Below, in pieces: positions 58,428 through 64,000 of a DNA stretch of 64,000 nucleotides (its first letter is position 1; every line of letters begins with the position of its first letter). The DNA is from Azolla caroliniana (Eukaryota > Plantae > Polypodiophyta). The DNA lies in assembly GCA_043228905.1 (NCBI GenBank), contig JBHGNT010000010.1:1488001-1552000 (forward strand), written 5' to 3'. The notes under the pieces were generated by a model. That model was not told the DNA's origin. It saw nothing but the letters and a program-made list of their open reading frames with translations, and ran no database searches. Position numbers and translations under genes: made by a program.

Positions 58428-61080
58428 AATAGTACTTATATGGCAACATTTGTAATTAGACTAACAAAAATGTTATGTTATTGTACATACATATAATCAA
58501 GTTAATACTTGAGATACACTCAAGTTTTGAGGTGAATTTTGTATAGAAAAAAATGACCAACCTCAAGCTAACACTTATTTTTCTTAAAACTATGGATATA
58601 ATGAATTAGGCTGAATGTGATAATAGAAAGTTGATGTATACTGAACCCCATATATGACGTTATTGTTGAACATGTCCAGGGAATAAAGTTCCTTTTTAAT
58701 TTCCTTACACATCTCTGGTGTCCATATTGCCCTTATTAAAACTTAGGTGATAAGCATAGGCTATCACTGCATTATATCTTCTTGTTTAGGCTGTCACCAT
58801 TACGAAATAATATAGCTAGAAATGGACACTCCATGTCAAGAAGCATGTCTGAGTAGTAATCTAGAGGCAAATAATCATTGACATGAATGTAGAGAATATA
58901 CAAAATGATATCCATGTCTTTAAAGAGTCAAATGTGGCTTATTAGACTAAAACAATATGAAAATGTAACTAGCTGAAGAAAAGAAACAGACTTCAAATAA
59001 ATATAGAAACGGTGCAAGTTAGATTGATCAAGTCAGCCATCTCCATGACCTATGTGACACCTCATCTTGATTATACTACTCTTTGCTTGAGTTAGTCTCC
59101 ACTGAAGCCCCTGGTGCTTTCTAAGTTTTGCTCTCATTTTTTTTGTGAAGTGTGTATCTCATTTTACTCTCAGAATAGCTCTCCATAGTGATCCATTTAG
59201 ATGAGAGCATTTCACCATTGCATAAATTGTTCTAGCTTGAGTGGGTTATGGAACCTTTGATGTGTGATCCTTTGGATATGTCATATGACATGTAGAGCAT
59301 CTAGGTGGATCTCTATATTTGGAAAGGACATGGAGAGCTTCAATGTTCTTATGAAACCTATGATGTATATCATTCGTAGACATCAAGCAATATCAATATC
59401 ATTCCTAGACTAGGTCTTCCCCCTCATCCGATATATTTTGAGAGCGCTTGTTTATGTAAAGGCCAATTATGGTGAACAATATCAAGCATCATTGCTTCAC
59501 TTCAACGGTGCTATAATTTGGTTTTGGCATTCCTTATGGTGCCCTTATTCTCCTTGTAATAGTTAGGTAGGTTGCATATTCTAAGACACTCCCATGGCAT
59601 GTAGTCAGGTCATTAGTTTTGGCCATGGCTCAATGTCAAATGCTTTCTGAAAAGCTAAACATTGCTAAAAGTGGGTTGCTTACTCCTTGGCCTATTCCTT
59701 GAAGTCATCACCCAATATAGATCTATATATTGGGACCAATTGTTGAACCTAGATGAATCCAAGGTTGGATCTATATATATGTAATAATTTGACAAACTAT
59801 GGAAAATCCCGAACACAATGCTCTATTAAAGTTTTTGCAAGTGCTCAATGGGCTTGTAATGTGAAAGGGATCCTTTTGGATTTCCAAGTTAGTATAAAAT
59901 GCCAAGAGCTCTCATGTAAAAAGGAGCTTTTGGTTCTCCAACTTTGGGGCTACCTTTTGGTTCTTATTTCCTCTTGTTTGCATCCATTAAAGCCACTTTT
60001 CTCCATGTAGTTTTCCCATAAATGTCTATTGAGGTAAGACAATGTAGGGTTTGAAGCAAATAAAATTCTTTTATGTGTCTTAACATTAGTTTAATGTGAG
60101 ACTTTGACACTTCCTAGTTGCATGGAGTCAAGCGGTAAGTGCACTTATGCATCAAAGTATAACATGGCCTCTTCTACTCTTATGCACTTATAACGTGGTA
60201 AGTTATAAGTCACGATGGCCACTTTGAAGAAACTTCTTGTATACATGGGTAAACTATTATGCCCCATAACCAATGTGGTTTTGAGTTGTTCTACTCTTTA
60301 GCTTCAAATTTGCATATCTTCTCGGCAATGGTTGGCATTCTAATGGGAAACCATAGATGTTGTTTTCATATCCACCCTTAGGTTGGTTGGCACATCTCAA
60401 GCCACAACCATGCACTCTTATGATGCTTCCCAAAAAACATCTCATAATCCTGCCTCGATTTTACCTAGACATATCCATTTCTTCTAATTTATTGACTGAG
60501 AGAATCAGGGCATATTTGTTAATACAAGTCCCTTACATTATATCCCTTTAGAACTGAATCCTTGTTTCTCTACATTCACCATCATAACACCACCATGTTG
60601 CCAGCTTCATCATATGATGCGTACAAAGATAACTACACACTTGGACACATGTGACGTTCTACTTAATCTTTTTATGAGAAAAGACAAAAAAACAACTTCA
60701 GTACACCATAATAAAGATGTACGGAAACGATTGAATAGGCATTTGCCACTTTGGTAACGCTCCCATTCAGATACAAAGAGTTCACCCAGATTTCAAATGT
60801 CTCTATCAATGAATTAAACAAATTTCTTGTACATTTTGTCAACAAATCTCGTCTCATTTTTTTGACACACTTACAAGATACTCACATGTGTTTTACAATG
60901 AGTTAAACAAATCATTCATATATGTCAATCAACCTAAGCTCATTTTCCTGATGTTGCTTAGGAGATGTTCAGATGTTTATATAATATGTGGTTTGTCTTT
61001 ATCGATGCATTAAACAAATTGCGTACGCATCTTGTCAATCAACCTAAGCTCTTTTGATGATGCACTTAGGAGATACTCAC

Positions 61081-63979
61081 ATCCTGTAATTCTTCCAAAA
61101 CTTTCGATAATTGATTCACCTGTCAAGCACAAAGATGTTCAGTCACTCTTGAAATAATTTGTACTTTGTTTCTTCTACGGGTGAAAACCACAATCTAATC
61201 AACATGTACATTGGACAATTTGTGATATACCTTATACGAATATGCATCCTTCATCTTAGCTTGTGCCACTGTTTGGGCATTTAAGGAAGCGGTGGCAACC
61301 AGTAGTTTTTCCGATAGTTCTAATGATTCCTTGCTCTGTTGTGCCAAAGATTCGATGAGCTTCTGTTCTCTTTCCTGAAAGATAATAAAATTTGGGCTTA
61401 ACCATCCAGGACTTTTGAACCATGTCTGGCTCAAATGTATACAGACTTGTGACCTTTTGTTTTAAGGAATAAAAAAGAAACCTTGTAATTTTATGCATAA
61501 AAGATACAGCCATGTTAGGTTACCACAAAAGAAATTTCCTAACTAATCTCATCCCAAGGGAACTTCGTCACTTTCCTTTTCAAAAAGCTTTGACAGCAAT
61601 AAATACCTCTAAAGCCTTCTTTTCTGCAATCAAACCTTCACATTGAGACTGTAATGCAGTTTTTTCCTGTGTGAATCATAGTCAAGAAGATTCTTGATAT
61701 TTTTTATTCATGAATAATAGGAAGTTAATGCAGGACAAACTTAAACCTTATACGTGCAACATACCCTAATTACAAGCTGGAGGTTTTCTAAGGCCTTGTC
61801 TTTATCAAGTATAACAGCTTTCTCTCTACTTTCATAAAGCTGATTTGCATGTTCTATTTTGCTTTCCACAAACCTGGAAAAAAAGAACACATGAAATGAG
61901 CGCATTTTACGATTTCACGAGAAATCTTGAGCTTTGAATCAATGGCTAGTAATCCGTGAATCTGATGATTATTTGATGTTCTAGCATCTTATTCCAGATC
62001 ATTAATAATGTTACCATAGTATCTTATTTATGAATGTTATGTAAGAGTCTTCAGACAGTTTTCCAATGCCTTTCTGTACAATTCCATTTTCTTTTTCACT
62101 CACATAGTAAACATTTTCATGCATTAATATAAGTACATACTTTAATAACTCGTCCTTTTCACTCAATTTCGTTAGTAATGAAGACTTTGCAATTTCGGCT
62201 TCTACGTTAGCTTTCTTTTCCCGTTTCAATTCCTCTTCAATCTGAGAGAAGATTATTTCTTCTTCAGCCAATTCGTTTTGGAGTTCATGAACCTGAAAAA
62301 TCAAGTCTCTTTCACAGCTATATATAAGAAATCAGAATGAAATATACAAGAACTTTCTCAGCACCTTATCCCTTTCCTCTTCTAGTTTCCTTGTCAAATT
62401 CCGTTCCATTGTTTCCATCGCTGCAACTTTGTCTGCTATACATTTCTTCAAGGCTACTATTTCTGACTTAAGATCTCGGATGCTATCATTTTGGCTGTCC
62501 AGCATTTTATTCTTTATCTGGCATCAATATTTCCAGTCTTCATTTCTACTCAAAGGGAATAAAAGGATGCAAACATGTCACATGCACATGCATAATTCTT
62601 ATAACCACGTGAAACTTGCTAATTTCTGTACATATTCATTTTGCTTCCTAAAATCCAGCTCCAATACCAGAAGAATTTTAGAAGAGTCATTATCAGTACA
62701 TATTCATTCTGCTCTTATTCTGGTTTCTTTGGGTTCTTTCAGTCACTCCTGTTTTGCCTTGTTTATTTGAATGATTCTAATCTCAAATAAAATAACTGGA
62801 ACACTATAATGATTTATGAACAAAAGTTCTGCCACCAATGACAAGGGATGAGACTTATGCTAATTGCAAGTAATATTAAATTAGAACATATGATGCAAAT
62901 GATAATGTAAAAGGTAAAAATTTGAGTGTATGTTTGGAATACCCTAAGTGCATCTTCAGTGGCTACAACTTTCTGTACATTTTCTGACAGCATAGAAGAC
63001 AAATTCTTATTTTCCTCCAAAAGTTTATTGTTTTCTGACAAATTTGAAGAAAGAATCTTATTCTGCTCCAAGAGCTGATCATTTTCATATGTTAAGGAAT
63101 CAATTCTCTTCTGCATATTATCTGCTATATGATTCTCAGCTTCTTCTAATTTTTTTCGAAGCATTTCAACCTCTATTGTGAGTTGTTCTGATTTCATACT
63201 TTGCACTCTCATGTTCTCCAACTCCTTTTTCAGTTCAGCAATTTCCTGCATCACATCACATCCAAAACATCAAGAGTAAAGCCTCCACCCAGCTGCAAAA
63301 ATGAAAAAAGTTTACAGGTCTAAATACTACCAGTGATAAATAAAAACACTGAGAGCATCCAAAAGATTGGAAACTCAATCTTTGCTCAAGCTCTTTCACC
63401 TTTAGTATCCTTGTGGCATTTAATTTAGTTTATTCGTGCTTATTCATTATTGTAAGAGTTATCAATCATCAATATGACAGAACCTTTGTGTAATCTGTGA
63501 TCATTTGCTATGACAGATGTCGTTCATTATTTTCCTCCAAAGAGACACTCCTTCCTTGTGATGACAAATGACATTCATTGTTTTCCTTTAAAGAGACTTC
63601 CTAAATAGTTTCCCTTCATGATTGTCACATAAGGTTATTATCATAAGAACAAGGAAAAGTATGAACCAAACTAATATGTCAGGTATAGCCTTTCAAAAGA
63701 TAGAACATAGAGATAAAACAAAGAATAGGTCATGGAACAACGTGGAGAAAATAAAATGAAACATAGATATGTTGCTATCTTCCTATCAATAAATGTGCTA
63801 ACTGAAACAAATGATTGACAGTGAGTTTATAAGCATCAAATTCTCCCACACATTTACAAATTAATAGAAATAAATGAGAATATGTACATATATACTACCT
63901 AATTTTCAGATTCTCACCTTTATCTGCGGAGGTAATGCAAGTTCTTTGCTATCCTCAAAAGTTCTCCATGTATTTTCTG
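61081..63979 (-). CDS. Multi-exon coiled-coil protein, partial (5' end beyond window; last exon not located)
   Basis: E/K/L-rich frames with GT-AG borders at approximately 63918-63979, 62943-63245, 62364-62517, 62140-62292, 61765-61872, 61230-61374 and 61081-61119. No recognisable family motif. Confidence 0.7.
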
Positions 63980-64000
63980 CTGAATAAAAACACAAACTCA

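Overview
Eukaryotic land-plant nuclear DNA. A seed-free plant such as a fern is my inference from the transposon families, not something proven here. The first ~24 kb is a nest of LTR retrotransposons that can be resolved with target-site duplications (TSDs). An old Gypsy carries two related Ty1/copia copies, one inserted into the other's 5' LTR, and these were later rearranged by an inversion into an ~10.4-kb quasi-palindrome. A third copia carries a solo LTR, which in turn carries a 7.3-kb Gypsy with apparently identical 792-bp LTRs. That Gypsy is unusual: tRNA-Trp primer site, 4-bp TSD, protease inside ORF1 with a DHG motif, FLDD reverse transcriptase, and a candidate -1 ribosomal frameshift signal (GGAUUUU-UAG plus pseudoknot). 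The 24-36 kb region holds decayed retroelements, a hAT-type MITE, tandem arrays, a degenerate LINE and a tRNA-Cys gene. The 36-64 kb region holds host genes (NC/LRAT-domain protein, PRA1, IMK2-like LRR receptor kinase, At4g08330-like zinc-binding protein, partial coiled-coil gene), plus a solo LTR, a second MITE and microsatellites. All alignments were made by eye; no database searches were run.
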